Positions 51,029-61,473 are shown, counted from the stretch's first letter. The stretch is 64,000 nt of DNA from Desulfobacterales bacterium (GCA_963668645.2 CAXXWC010000001.1:192001-256000); one strand, 5' to 3'. Program-made: numbers and translations. The notes: a model not told the origin generated them from the sequence alone.

Positions 51029-53911
51029 CTAGCGGGGCGCTTTCGGCACAATGCGCACCAGCGCAGAACGCTCCGGTACGAGGTAGCGGGCCGCCAGGGC
51101 CGAAAGTTCGCGCGCCTCGATGGCGGCATGATCCGCCAGGATATTGCGGCTCCAGTCGATCTGCCGGGGATGCCGCCAGGCTCCGGCCAGCACGGTATCG
51201 AACCAGTATTCGTTTCTTTGCAGCAAGTCCTTGATGCCGGTCAGGGCCGGTTCGCGCGAGCGCAGGAACGCGTCGGCATCGATCCCCCTGCGGGCCAGAT
51301 CCGAGGCGATGCCGTCCACCGCTTGCACCACGGTTTCGACCTGGTCCGGAGCCACCTGAATGAAGGCCGACATCAGCCCGTAGCCCGCATAGGCCCGCGA
51401 CGCCCAGGGATAGACCGAAGGACTGTAGCTGACACCGAGCTTTTCACGAATCTGCTCGCGGAGCCGATCCTCGAAGACTTCGGCCAGCATGTTCAGCCGC
51501 CTGGTGCGCTCGATGTCCCACAGGTCCTCGGTGGCAAAGGCCACCACCACCAGGGCCTTATCGATAAGGCGGGTTTCGACGTCCAGATCGAGATGCTCGC
51601 CGCGCGGAAACCGCGGTTCCGCACGCGCTGCGAAAACCGGCGGCCGGCGCTGCGGCAGGGCACCGAAATAACGTGCCGCTAGGTCGATGACCGCTTCCAG
51701 GTCGAAGTCGCCCACCACGGCGATCTCCAGGGGCGCCTGCTGAAGGATCGGCTCGGCCCAGTCGCGCACCGATTCCAGGCTCAAGGCCTGGAGCCGTTCC
51801 AGGGGCGGCAGGCCGAAGCGCGAATCCCCGCCGGCCAGAAAGCGCCTCCCCTTCAGCATCATCTGCCCGTCGACGCTGTGGCGCCAGTCGCCATAATGCT
51901 GGGTCAGGCGGGCCATGGCCAGATCGAACTCCGCCTGGCGCCATCCCGGATCCAGGAGCCGATGGCGCAAAAGATCGAAAAGAAGGGCGACCTGGCCGCG
52001 GACCGTCTCGCCTCTGAATCGGAAGCGGTCTTCTCCGACACTCAGCCGGGCGCTGACGTTGGCTCCGGCCAGGGCCCGATCCAGTTCCTCTCTCGTCAAC
52101 CGGCCGAGTCCTCCGGTGTTGAGAAATTGCTCGGCTACCTCGGCAAGTCCCGGTGCCTGGGCCGGTTCGGCCGAGCGTCCCGGCCCGAAATCGATGCTGA
52201 TCAGGACCTCGTCGGCCTTGAAATTCGTCGGCTTGAGGCTCAGGCGCACCCCGTTGTCCAAAGCCACCTGGGTGATCCCCAGATCCGCCTGGGTCGTACG
52301 CTCGACCACGCGCCCCGGCGCAGCCGGCAGCGGCAGATAGGGGAAGCGCACCTTTTCTACAGCGGGCGGGGCCTCGACCGGCCGGGCGTAGCTGGCGGCG
52401 AAAACCCTTCGGATCGTTTCTTCGGGCGGCGTTGGGGCAGCGGCCAGATCCAGGTCGCCGACCACGCTCACCAGCCGGTGACCCGCAGACCAGACCCGCT
52501 TCAGGGCCTGGTGCAGATCGGCCGGGCTCAGGGCGTGGATCATGGGAGCCAGAAGATCGCGTTCCGCCCCGGGGGCCATCATCACCCGCCCGGCGTTCAG
52601 GTTGCGGATGATCTCCCGGGCCAGGTTGGGGCTCAGGCGCGTGGAGGCCTGGTCGGCGGCCCGGTCCAGCTCGGCCAGCATTTCGCGCCCGACCCGCTCC
52701 ACCTCGGCGTCATCGAATCCGTACCTCAGGGCCCGGCGCAGGGCGGTTTCGATTTCCGCAAGGGCCTGCGACCAGTTCTGTGCGGACGTACGGGCGTTGA
52801 TCTGGGCGTATTGCAGCCTCTTGAGAAAGAGCCCCGATCCTGCCGCGGCCCCTGTAAACGGCGGATCCGGACGCGAAAGGACGGCCTCCAGACGATGGTT
52901 GAGGATCCGTGCGGCCATGGCTTCGGCCAGTTCGCGCCGCTGCCGGTCGATATTGTCGCCCTGCTCCGCAATCTGGCGCACCTGCTGGATGCTCACCCCT
53001 ACATGACCCAGCTCCGGCTCCGGGTGGTAGAATACCTTGAGGCCGTGGTGCTCCAGACGGCCCAGGGGCGGATCGGGCAGCGAAGCCCCCCGGGCTTTGA
53101 GGCTGCCAAAGCGCTGGCGGATCAGCTCCGCCATGGCGCCGGCATCGAAATCGCCCACCGCCACGACCACCATGCGATCGGGCCGGTACCAGGTGTCGTA
53201 AAAGTCCTTGACCAGCCGGCGATCGGCCTTTTCGATCACCTCGCGCTGACCGATGGGCAGGCGCCGGCTCACCCGCAGCCCCTCGAACTCGAACCCCAGG
53301 CCGGCTTTGAACGTCCTGTAGCCGGGGGAATCCCGGGTACGCATCTCGGCGAGCACCACCTGGCGCTCGCGGTCGAGTTCGGCCGGATCCATCAGGGCGC
53401 CCTGGGCATAATCGGAAAGCACGAGCAGGCCTTCGTCCAGGGTTTGCGGCCGGCCGTCGGGGAGCAGGACGTGGTAGACGGTTTCATCAAAACCGGTGTG
53501 GGCGTTGACGTCCGCGCCGTAGGCCATGCCGATGCGCTGGAAATACTTGACCAGCTCGCCGGGCGGAAAGTGGGTGGAGCCGTTGAAGAGCATATGTTCG
53601 ATGAAATGGGCCAGACCCTGCTGGGCCTCTGTTTCGTTGAGGCTGCCGACCTGGACGTCCAGGCGCATGCTGACACGGTCGGCCGGGGTCTGGTTGACCA
53701 TCAATACGTAGCGCAGCCCGTTGTCCAGGCGGCCGAAGGTCAGGGCCGGATCCGGTTTCAGGTCGCTGCCATCCTGGGGCCAGGGCAAAGCCGCAGCCCC
53801 GCCCACGGTGGCAAAAAGCAAAACGGCAGCCAGGCCCAGCGCGAGACGGGCAGTGGCGCGGCGGCCCGCAGCGGCCCGCTCGGTAAAACGTGATGGCATG
53901 AATCGGGGCAT
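51029..53911 (-). CDS. Exported M16 zinc peptidase (PqqL-like)
   Basis: HFIEH inverted zincin motif; GRLDNGLRY, NAHTGFDETVY, FYDTWYRPDRM; signal peptide; ATG 53911 after AAGGAG. Confidence 0.92.
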   Translation of the reverse strand: MPRFMPSRFTERAAAGRRATARLALGLAAVLLFATVGGAAALPWPQDGSDLKPDPALTFGRLDNGLRYVLMVNQTPADRVSMRLDVQVGSLNETEAQQGLAHFIEHMLFNGSTHFPPGELVKYFQRIGMAYGADVNAHTGFDETVYHVLLPDGRPQTLDEGLLVLSDYAQGALMDPAELDRERQVVLAEMRTRDSPGYRTFKAGLGFEFEGLRVSRRLPIGQREVIEKADRRLVKDFYDTWYRPDRMVVVAVGDFDAGAMAELIRQRFGSLKARGASLPDPPLGRLEHHGLKVFYHPEPELGHVGVSIQQVRQIAEQGDNIDRQRRELAEAMAARILNHRLEAVLSRPDPPFTGAAAGSGLFLKRLQYAQINARTSAQNWSQALAEIETALRRALRYGFDDAEVERVGREMLAELDRAADQASTRLSPNLAREIIRNLNAGRVMMAPGAERDLLAPMIHALSPADLHQALKRVWSAGHRLVSVVGDLDLAAAPTPPEETIRRVFAASYARPVEAPPAVEKVRFPYLPLPAAPGRVVERTTQADLGITQVALDNGVRLSLKPTNFKADEVLISIDFGPGRSAEPAQAPGLAEVAEQFLNTGGLGRLTREELDRALAGANVSARLSVGEDRFRFRGETVRGQVALLFDLLRHRLLDPGWRQAEFDLAMARLTQHYGDWRHSVDGQMMLKGRRFLAGGDSRFGLPPLERLQALSLESVRDWAEPILQQAPLEIAVVGDFDLEAVIDLAARYFGALPQRRPPVFAARAEPRFPRGEHLDLDVETRLIDKALVVVAFATEDLWDIERTRRLNMLAEVFEDRLREQIREKLGVSYSPSVYPWASRAYAGYGLMSAFIQVAPDQVETVVQAVDGIASDLARRGIDADAFLRSREPALTGIKDLLQRNEYWFDTVLAGAWRHPRQIDWSRNILADHAAIEARELSALAARYLVPERSALVRIVPKAPR

Positions 53912-54206
53912 CCTTTGACTCCTTTTATGGATTTCGTCCGCCGCGGACGGGTGCGCCGGCACCGCAAGGCATCATGGGCGCCGGCCCGGCCGGGCAATCG
54001 GTTCCAGCAACATAATTCGACCTCGCCGTCCTGGCAACCGCAAGCGGCCGATCTTCTCCCGGCCCCCTGCGATGGTTCGGGCCGGCAGGCCATTTGGAAA
54101 CGGCCGAACTTCTGCAAGCGGCGTTGACATCGGTCCGAGGCCCGTGCAAGATGGCCCAGCCGTGCCGCCAGGCATTTTTCAACGCCAGAAAAAAACGGAG
54201 TATTCC

Positions 54207-56216
54207 ATGCCGTCCAACCAAAATCCGCAAGCCATTTCCCAGCCGTCCGGGCTGCACTACATCGAGAACCTCAACCCGGCTCAACGCGAGGCCGTCATGC
54301 ACGAAGATGGCCCGCTGCTGGTCATCGCCGGAGCGGGCAGCGGCAAAACACGCACTCTGACCCACCGGGTCGCGCGCCTGATTGAATCCGGCGTGCCGGC
54401 CGGAGCGATACTGCTGCTGACCTTCACCCGCAAGGCGGCCCAGGAGATGCTGCGGCGGGCCGCCCTGCTTCTTGACGAACGCTGCGCCGCGGTGGCCGGC
54501 GGCACCTTCCACGGGTTCGCCAACGGTGTTTTGCGCCGCCATTCGGCCAGGCTCGGGTTCGACCGGCCGTTTACCATCATCGACCGGCCCGACGCCGAAA
54601 GCCTGGTGGGCGTTATCCGCAAGGAAATCAATCCGCCTGTGCGGGCCTTTCCGACCAAGCGCACCCTGATGAACATTTTCAGCCGGGCAGTGAACAAGGC
54701 CCAGACCATCGAAGCGGTGATCGACGAAGGCTATCCCCATTTTTTACAGTTTCTGGACGCCATCCGCGAAATCGAACAGCGTTATCAGGCCCGCAAGGAA
54801 CTGCACCGTTTTCTGGACTACGACGACCTGCTGGTGCGTCTCAAGGACCTGCTGTCCGCCGATGCCGACCTGTGCCAGCGCATCGCCGGGGCCTATCGCT
54901 TCATCATGGTGGACGAGTACCAGGATACCAACCAGATCCAGGCCGATATCCTGCGCCTGCTGGCGGGCAGCCGGCCCAACCTGATGGTGGTCGGCGACGA
55001 TTCCCAGAGTATCTACGCCTTTCGCGGGGCCAATTTCCGCAACATCATGGCCTTTCCGGACCAGTATGCCGGCACCCGGGTGATCCGGCTCGAGGAAAAC
55101 TACCGCAGCGTGCAGCCGATCTTAAACCTGACCAACGCCCTGATCGCCCAGGCGGCCGAAAAGTTCACCAAGCACCTTTTTACCAACCGCAGCGGCGGGG
55201 CCCTGCCGCGCCTGGTGCGCACCAACAGCGAAAACGAACAGTCCCGCCTCGTGGTGGACGAGATCCGCAGCCTGTTGCGCCAGGACGTGGCCCCGGGCGA
55301 CATCGCGGTGCTGTTTCGCGCGGGCTACCACGCCTTTGACCTGGAAATCGAACTGGCCCGGGAAGGCCTGTCCTTTGTCAAGGTCGGGGGGTTCAAGTTC
55401 ATGGAAGCGGCCCATATCAAGGACCTGCTGGCCCATCTGCGGGTCATGACCAATCCGACGGACCGCATCTCGTGGCACCGCATCCTGCTGCTGGTGGAAA
55501 AAATCGGCGCCAAAACGGCCCAGACCATCTTCGACGCCATCGTGGAAACCCGGGCCGGAACCGCCGGACTGATGGATCTGAAGCTGCCGCCACGCCTCGA
55601 ACCGCGCCTGGCCCCGCTCAAGGCCCTTTACCAGCAGATGGGCGCCAGCGACCTTTCCGTGGCACAGATGGGCGAAGCGGTGCTGGCCTACTACCTGCCC
55701 GTACTCAAGGAAAACTACGAGGACCACCCCAAGCGGGCCAGGGATCTGGAACAGCTTCTGGCCATCATGGAGCGCTACGGACAACTGGACACCTTTTTGG
55801 CCGACATGGCCCTGGAGCCGCCGGACAACCTGGCCGAAGGCGGGTTGCACCTGCCCCAGCCCGGCGATGCCCGCCTGACCCTGTCAACGATCCACTCGGC
55901 CAAGGGGCTCGAATGGCACAGCGTCTTTATCATCTGGGCCCTGGACGGACGCTTCCCTTCCTTGCAGGCCATCGAAGACCCCGAACAGCTCGACGAAGAA
56001 CTGCGCCTGATGTATGTGGCCGCCACCCGGGCGCGTGAAAACCTTACCTTCGTCTGCCCCATGCAGGCCTACGACCGGGCTACCGAGATGGTTTTGGAAC
56101 ACCCTTCGCGGTTTCTGGACGATCTGCCCGAAGAGATTTTGCAGCGCGTCGGCGAACCGTCCGACGCCGGCTCCTACCGCTGGCCGGCAATGGGCAGATC
56201 CCTGACACGATACTAA
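54207..56216 (+). CDS. UvrD/PcrA/Rep-family SF1 helicase
   Basis: AGAGSGKT, TFTRKAA, VDEYQD, VGDDSQSIY, LEENYRS, TIHSAKGLEW, YVAATRA; ATG 54207 after GGAG. Confidence 0.95.
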   Translation: MPSNQNPQAISQPSGLHYIENLNPAQREAVMHEDGPLLVIAGAGSGKTRTLTHRVARLIESGVPAGAILLLTFTRKAAQEMLRRAALLLDERCAAVAGGTFHGFANGVLRRHSARLGFDRPFTIIDRPDAESLVGVIRKEINPPVRAFPTKRTLMNIFSRAVNKAQTIEAVIDEGYPHFLQFLDAIREIEQRYQARKELHRFLDYDDLLVRLKDLLSADADLCQRIAGAYRFIMVDEYQDTNQIQADILRLLAGSRPNLMVVGDDSQSIYAFRGANFRNIMAFPDQYAGTRVIRLEENYRSVQPILNLTNALIAQAAEKFTKHLFTNRSGGALPRLVRTNSENEQSRLVVDEIRSLLRQDVAPGDIAVLFRAGYHAFDLEIELAREGLSFVKVGGFKFMEAAHIKDLLAHLRVMTNPTDRISWHRILLLVEKIGAKTAQTIFDAIVETRAGTAGLMDLKLPPRLEPRLAPLKALYQQMGASDLSVAQMGEAVLAYYLPVLKENYEDHPKRARDLEQLLAIMERYGQLDTFLADMALEPPDNLAEGGLHLPQPGDARLTLSTIHSAKGLEWHSVFIIWALDGRFPSLQAIEDPEQLDEELRLMYVAATRARENLTFVCPMQAYDRATEMVLEHPSRFLDDLPEEILQRVGEPSDAGSYRWPAMGRSLTRY

Positions 56217-56446
56217 CCGAAACCTAACAATTTACGTTGCACTCCCCGCGCCCCCATGATATCCCCGGGGCCACTTCGCCCAGGGCAAGGTTATTGGAAG
56301 CCCCGCCCTGAGCAAAGACTTGGCCCAGGCCGCTTCACCGAAAGCATCCCGGCAGGATCGCCTACGGATCGTGGCAAAAAAGTGCCACTGGGTGGGTGAT
56401 CCCTGGCAACCGTTCTTCCAAAAGGGGGAGGCAAAAGCCGCTCGTT

Positions 56447-57676
56447 ATGCCGACCGAATACCTGGTCCTGACCACCGGCTATATTTTCGGCTTTTATATG
56501 GCCTGGAACATCGGGGCCAATGATGTGGCCAACTCCATGGCATCCGCGGTGGGGGCCGAAGCCATCACCATCCGCCAGGCGGTTTTCATCGCCGGGATCC
56601 TCAATATTGTCGGAGCGGTTTTCATCGGTGGACACGTTACTGAAACCATCCGCAAGGGGATCGTCAGCGCCGAGGTGTTGAGTGATCCGCACCAGGCCCT
56701 CCTAGGGGCTTTGGCAGCCCTGCTGGCCGCCGCATCCTGGGTCAGTTTTGCCACCTGGAAATCGCTGCCGGTCTCCACCACCCACTCCATCGTAGGGGCC
56801 ATGATCGGTTTCGGAATCATGGCCGGCGGGGTATCCTCGGTCAACTGGGGCAAACTGGGGGCAGTGGCGGCGAGCTGGATCATCTCGCCGGTTTTCAGCC
56901 TGGCGATCGCTTACGTGGTCTTTAAGATCATCATCCGCCTGGTCATATCCCGGCGCGCCTCCTACCAGGCGGCGGTACGCTGGTCGCCCCTGTTCACCGG
57001 GGCCACGATCTTTGTGGTGGTGCTCTCTTTTCTGTTCAAGACCCCCTTGGGCAGCAGCCTGGCCATCGGCGCTCCCCATGCCCTGATGCTCGCCTTTGCG
57101 GCGGCGGTGCTCTGCGGCCTGGCCGCCCGCCGTCTCCTGGCCCGCATGGTGGGCCAGGATGAAAAAGGCAACGGGGCCGAGCAGATTTTCCGCCGCATCC
57201 AGATCGGCACTTCCTGCTACGTGGCGTTGGCCCAGGGGGCCAACGACGTGGCCAATGCCATCGGGCCGCTGGCGGTGATCTACTTTCTGGTCAAAACCGG
57301 CAGCATCGGCGACAAGGTGCCGGTGCCGACCTTCCTTTTGCTTTTCGGGGGGCTCGGCATCGCCTGCGGGATCGCCATGGCCGGCCACCGGGTGATGGAC
57401 ACCATCGGCAAGCGCATCACGACCCTGACCAACACCCGCGGTTTTTCGGTCGATTTCGCCGCCGCCACCACGGTCCTGGCGGCTTCCAAACTCGGACTGC
57501 CCGTGTCCACCACCCACGCGGCGGTGGGCGGAGTGCTTGGGGTCGGATTGGCCCGCGGCCTTGAGGCGGTCAATTTCGGCATCATCTTTAGAATCATTGT
57601 CTACTGGGTGCTCACGGTTCCCGCCGCGGCACTGACCAGTATGCTCTATTACAAGATCCTGAAGATCATTCTTTAG
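56447..57676 (+). CDS. PiT-family inorganic phosphate transporter
   Basis: Two GANDVAN signatures and two PVSTTH motifs. Confidence 0.95.
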   Translation: MPTEYLVLTTGYIFGFYMAWNIGANDVANSMASAVGAEAITIRQAVFIAGILNIVGAVFIGGHVTETIRKGIVSAEVLSDPHQALLGALAALLAAASWVSFATWKSLPVSTTHSIVGAMIGFGIMAGGVSSVNWGKLGAVAASWIISPVFSLAIAYVVFKIIIRLVISRRASYQAAVRWSPLFTGATIFVVVLSFLFKTPLGSSLAIGAPHALMLAFAAAVLCGLAARRLLARMVGQDEKGNGAEQIFRRIQIGTSCYVALAQGANDVANAIGPLAVIYFLVKTGSIGDKVPVPTFLLLFGGLGIACGIAMAGHRVMDTIGKRITTLTNTRGFSVDFAAATTVLAASKLGLPVSTTHAAVGGVLGVGLARGLEAVNFGIIFRIIVYWVLTVPAAALTSMLYYKILKIIL

Positions 57677-57690
57677 ATGGGAGGCGGGTC

Positions 57691-58359
57691 ATGCGGTTGC
57701 CATTCTTGTCCATGTTCCAAACGTCCCCTTTCGACGATCTCGAAGAGCATGCCGAAAAGGTCAAACAGTGCGTTGGAGCTTTCCAAAACGCATTTGAATG
57801 CCACCTTTCGGATCAGTGCGTCTCTTTCGAGCAACGCCGCGAGGAAGTCCATCGGCTTGAAAACGAGGCTGACGCCATCAAACGGCGCATCCGTGGACAC
57901 CTGCCCAAGGGGACCATGCTGCAGGTGGACAAGTTCCAGCTCTTTCGCTACCTGCGCGAGCAGGACAAGGTGATCGACGCGGCCCAGGACTCTCTGGACT
58001 GGCTCTCCTATCGCAAGGAGCCGGGCATTCCCCAAGCTTTGCATAAGGATTTTTTGATCTTTGTGGACTCGGTCTTGCAGCCCATCGAGGAGCTGGATCA
58101 CATGGTGATCGAGGCGCGCCACTACTTCAAGACGTTTCAGGAGGATCAGCGGGTCAAGGTCAAGCAGATCATCCGCGAGATCCGGAGCATGGAGCACGAG
58201 GCCGACAAGCTGGAAGACGCCCTGAAGCGTCGCACCTTCAACATGGACCTGGATGCGGTGACCATTTTCCACATGGTGCGGCTGGCCGAAACCATCGGAA
58301 CGATCGCCGACCATGCGGAAAACGCCGGGGACATGATGCGGGCCATGGTAGCCAAATAG
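57691..58359 (+). CDS. DUF47 (PhoU-like) Pit accessory protein
   Basis: SPFDDLEEH, LENEADAIK, QDKVID, EHEADKLE, IADHAEN; follows pit. Confidence 0.92.
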   Translation: MRLPFLSMFQTSPFDDLEEHAEKVKQCVGAFQNAFECHLSDQCVSFEQRREEVHRLENEADAIKRRIRGHLPKGTMLQVDKFQLFRYLREQDKVIDAAQDSLDWLSYRKEPGIPQALHKDFLIFVDSVLQPIEELDHMVIEARHYFKTFQEDQRVKVKQIIREIRSMEHEADKLEDALKRRTFNMDLDAVTIFHMVRLAETIGTIADHAENAGDMMRAMVAK

Positions 58360-58374
58360 GCCGCCAACGCCCCT

Positions 58375-58611
58375 TTACTTGCCGAAGGCCCAGACAAGAT
58401 AGGCGGCAAGCACGGCCACGGCCAGGATGGCGATGAGATAAGATTTGAAATTGACCGGCTTCTTGGCCACCCCATAGGGGCTGGACGGTCCGATACGCCG
58501 ATTGCAGGCATCGCAGCGATCGGCGTTTAGTTTGACATAAGTTGAGCAGTAGGGGCACTTCTTGGTGGGATCCAACCCCTGCTTGGGTGTTTTGTCTTTG
58601 GGCTGTCCCAT
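58375..58611 (-). CDS. Small zinc-ribbon protein with C-terminal TM helix
   Basis: GAGGAGG RBS; CPYC-x10-CDAC; hydrophobic tail; 18 bp after ppiD. Confidence 0.8.
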   Translation of the reverse strand: MGQPKDKTPKQGLDPTKKCPYCSTYVKLNADRCDACNRRIGPSSPYGVAKKPVNFKSYLIAILAVAVLAAYLVWAFGK

Positions 58612-58629
58612 GGTCCCTCCTCATCCGTA

Positions 58630-60522
58630 TCAGAGCATGTCCTTTTTTACCTCGATGCTGCTCTCGGACCGCAGCCGCGCCAACAGGGCTTCAAAGGCCT
58701 CATACCGTTTTTGCTGTCCCAATTGCGTCATGATGCGCTCTTTATCCTGCTTGAACTTATCCTCGGGCGGCGCCTCACGCTTGTCATAGCGCATCACGTA
58801 CCAGTTTTGATCCACTTCAAAGACAGTCTCGGGGAAAGGCGCGGTCCCGTTGAGATCAAAGGCGGCAGCGGCCATCTCCCGGGCCATGCCGACTTTTTCG
58901 ATCATGCCCTGGCGGCCGAAAAGACCGCTGTGGGCAACTTCCATCCCCCGCTCTTTGGCGGCAGCGGCAAAATTCTGGCCGCCGCGCACGGCGTCCAGCA
59001 TCGCCTGGGCCGCCTGGCGGGCCTGCTCGCGCTGTTTGGCTTTCAACGCATCGGCGCGCACCGCTTCGGCGATGGCATCCAGGGGGGGAATCTCGGCGGG
59101 GATCTCTTCGTTCACCTGGAGAATGTAGTAACCGTCGCTCATTTCCAGCACGTCGCCGACCGTACCGGGCGTCAAGGCGAAAGCCGCCTCGGCGAACTTG
59201 GCCCTGTCGGCCACCAGACCGTCGGCAGGCCCTTTGCGATCGAAGCGTGGGGTGGTTAGCAGCTTCAGCCCCCGGGCTTGGGCCACGGGTTTGAGATCGT
59301 TGGCATCGAAGGCCGCATCCCAGGCTGCTTCGGCCCCTTCCCGGGCCAGTGTCTTGGCATCTCTGGCCCGCAACCGGGTACGGATCTTTTCGGCGACATC
59401 TTCCAGGGTGGGCGTCACGGTCGGATAGATTTTTTCCAGTTTGATGACATGCCAGCCGAACTGAGTCCGCACCGGATCGCTGATCTGGCCGGGCTCCATG
59501 GAAAAGGCCTGATCGGCGAAGGGCTTGACCATCTCACGGCGCGTGAATCGGCCCAGCTCGCCGCCTTTGGCCGCGCTGCCGTCCTGGGAGTATTCTCGCG
59601 CCAGCTCGGCGAAATCCGCACCGGCGCGGGCCTTCTGGGTCACCTCAAGGGCCTTCTTGCGTGCGGCCTCGACCGCCTCGGGCGAATCATCTTCTTTCGC
59701 ACGGATCAACACATGGCGGGCCTCGACGCTGGCATCCTGGCGAAATTCGTCCTCGTGGTCCGTAAAGTAATCGCGCACCTCGTCCTCTGAAAGGACGACT
59801 TTATCGGCAAAGGCATCGTTGGCAAAGCGAAGGTACTGGACGCTGCGCAGCGGAGCGGTCTTGTAATCTTCCTTGTGCGCCTTGTAATAATCGGCCACAT
59901 CCTTCTCGGCAACGGTCAGATCCTTGTACTGTTTGGGATCGAAGCGGACGTAATCCACCGCCACGCGGGCGTTGACGTAATCGTACCAACGGCGCGCTTC
60001 ACTGTCACCGACCTGAATCGTGTCGGTCACCATCTCGCGCAGCTTGCCGATGAGCATCGCTTTGCGTTGTTCCTGTTCGAAACTTTCCGGCGTTATCCGA
60101 TTGGCTTCGAGGACCCTCTTGTAGCGGTCCGGAGCGAAATGTCCGTCCCGTTGAAACACATCGATGGCCCCGATGGCCCGGGCCAGCTCCTCATCGGTCA
60201 CGCCCAATCCGAGGCGTTTGGCTTCGTTGGTCAGGAGCCGGTCGTTGACGAGCTGGTCAATGGCCTGCTGCTTGAAATTGAGGGCATCGATCATCTCGGC
60301 GTCCAACTTGCCACCAAAGCGCTGGCGCATCTGATCCACGAGGCGGTCGTAGGTCGCGCGATACGCTTCGAAGGTGATGATCGTGTCGTCGACCGTGGCG
60401 ACCGTGGACAGCCGGCGGGCGTTGAAGCTGCCGACTCCCCAGAAGGCAAAAACAACGATGATGGCTGCCAGAATGAACTTGATCATCCACGAGCCGGCCT
60501 TTTTGCGCATCAGATCCAGCAT
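58630..60522 (-). CDS. ppiD: Periplasmic chaperone/parvulin PPIase PpiD
   Basis: N-terminal TM, SurA-N domain, ARHVLI, FAELAREYSQD, GGELG, VRTQFGWHVIK. Confidence 0.92.
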   Translation of the reverse strand: MLDLMRKKAGSWMIKFILAAIIVVFAFWGVGSFNARRLSTVATVDDTIITFEAYRATYDRLVDQMRQRFGGKLDAEMIDALNFKQQAIDQLVNDRLLTNEAKRLGLGVTDEELARAIGAIDVFQRDGHFAPDRYKRVLEANRITPESFEQEQRKAMLIGKLREMVTDTIQVGDSEARRWYDYVNARVAVDYVRFDPKQYKDLTVAEKDVADYYKAHKEDYKTAPLRSVQYLRFANDAFADKVVLSEDEVRDYFTDHEDEFRQDASVEARHVLIRAKEDDSPEAVEAARKKALEVTQKARAGADFAELAREYSQDGSAAKGGELGRFTRREMVKPFADQAFSMEPGQISDPVRTQFGWHVIKLEKIYPTVTPTLEDVAEKIRTRLRARDAKTLAREGAEAAWDAAFDANDLKPVAQARGLKLLTTPRFDRKGPADGLVADRAKFAEAAFALTPGTVGDVLEMSDGYYILQVNEEIPAEIPPLDAIAEAVRADALKAKQREQARQAAQAMLDAVRGGQNFAAAAKERGMEVAHSGLFGRQGMIEKVGMAREMAAAAFDLNGTAPFPETVFEVDQNWYVMRYDKREAPPEDKFKQDKERIMTQLGQQKRYEAFEALLARLRSESSIEVKKDML

Positions 60523-60634
60523 CTAATAATTCTCCTCTTTGCTGCCCTTTTCACGGGGCGCCCGCATTTTCCCTGCCCTGCTGGGCGGAACGAATCCCGG
60601 ACAACCCTCTTCTTCTGGCCATTAAAAGTGTGCG

Positions 60635-60663
60635 ATACTATTTGCAGGGCGCCGATTTGTCAA
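60635..60663 (-). promoter_or_regulatory. Sigma-70 promoter for ppiD
   Basis: Minus strand TTGACA-N17-TAGTAT. Confidence 0.7.
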
Positions 60664-60876
60664 TAGCGGCGCATGGTTCGCGCAAGATACGGCGGGCGGA
60701 AACGATATCCGGCAACCCAAATGCCCTCCCCGGCCGAAGGGACAACGGAAGATCGCATGCCGGGGCACGATGGTAAAGAGCTTTTTGGCTGGGGCCGGGG
60801 CACGTGATTTCCAGTACGGCGGTTTTTTCGGTTGACACTTCCCGTCCGGCTCTGTTAAAAGCCCGTCTCACCTCGT

Positions 60877-60952
60877 GGGGCTGTAGCTCAGCTGGGAGAG
60901 CACTTGACTGGCAGTCAAGGGGTCAGGGGTTCAAGTCCCCTCAGCTCCACCA
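60877..60952 (+). tRNA. tRNA-Ala (GGC)
   Basis: 76-nt cloverleaf GGGGCTG...CAGCTCCACCA; anticodon arm CTTGA-CTGGCAG-TCAAG; G3:U70; TTGACA at 60832 upstream. Confidence 0.98.
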
Positions 60953-60960
60953 AAGAAATC

Positions 60961-60996
60961 AAAAAGGTTCCGGAACTTCCGGAACCTTTTTTGTTT
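60961..60996 (+). terminator. Rho-independent terminator after tRNA-Ala
   Basis: AAAAGGTTCCGGAAC...TTCCGGAACCTTTTTT. Confidence 0.85.
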
Positions 60997-61137
60997 GAAT
61001 TTTCGAGCACTCCGGAAGCCGGCCCCGGATGCGTGCTTCCCGCCCAAGCTGGGCAGCTGCTTGCTGGGCAGGCATTTCCAAGCCATGAAAATACAAGATC
61101 ACAGCCGGCAACAGAATATGGGAAAAAAGGCGGCGTT

Positions 61138-61473
61138 ATGAAAAAGATTCTTATCGTTCTGGTCTGCTTCTTGATGTTTGCCGCTTACGGGCATAGCCAG
61201 GAACAGACCCCAACGACCGCAGGCGACACCGATCAGGCCAGCACCCAAGATCAGAACAAAGCTGTACCACCGCCCGCGACCCCTGGCATCAAAGGGATGG
61301 CTGCCGAGGTGAAGGAAAAATCGGTGGCATCGGCAAAGCAGACCGGATCGGCCGTCAAGGAAACGGCCGTGGTCGTTAAGGACAAATCCGTCGCCGCTGC
61401 AAAAAAAATCGGGCCGGCACTCAAGGAGTCGGCTTCCGAGTTCAAAAAAGAGGTGAAAAAACTATTCAAGTAG
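61138..61473 (+). CDS. Small secreted protein with 22-aa amphipathic repeats
   Basis: Signal MKKILIVLVCFLMFAAYGHS; AAEVKEKSVASAKQTGSAVKET / AVVVKDKSVAAAKKIGPALKES. Confidence 0.78.
   Translation: MKKILIVLVCFLMFAAYGHSQEQTPTTAGDTDQASTQDQNKAVPPPATPGIKGMAAEVKEKSVASAKQTGSAVKETAVVVKDKSVAAAKKIGPALKESASEFKKEVKKLFK

Noticed and set aside
2799..53893. Long antisense ORFs such as 2799-4448, 19033-20667, 31497-33068, 34654-36420, 45473-47005, 51878-53893
   Set aside because: Mirror frames of well-supported genes, expected in high-GC DNA; no motifs of their own.
56260..56446. Riboswitch in the pit leader
   Set aside because: No recognisable conserved aptamer motif; needs an Rfam scan.
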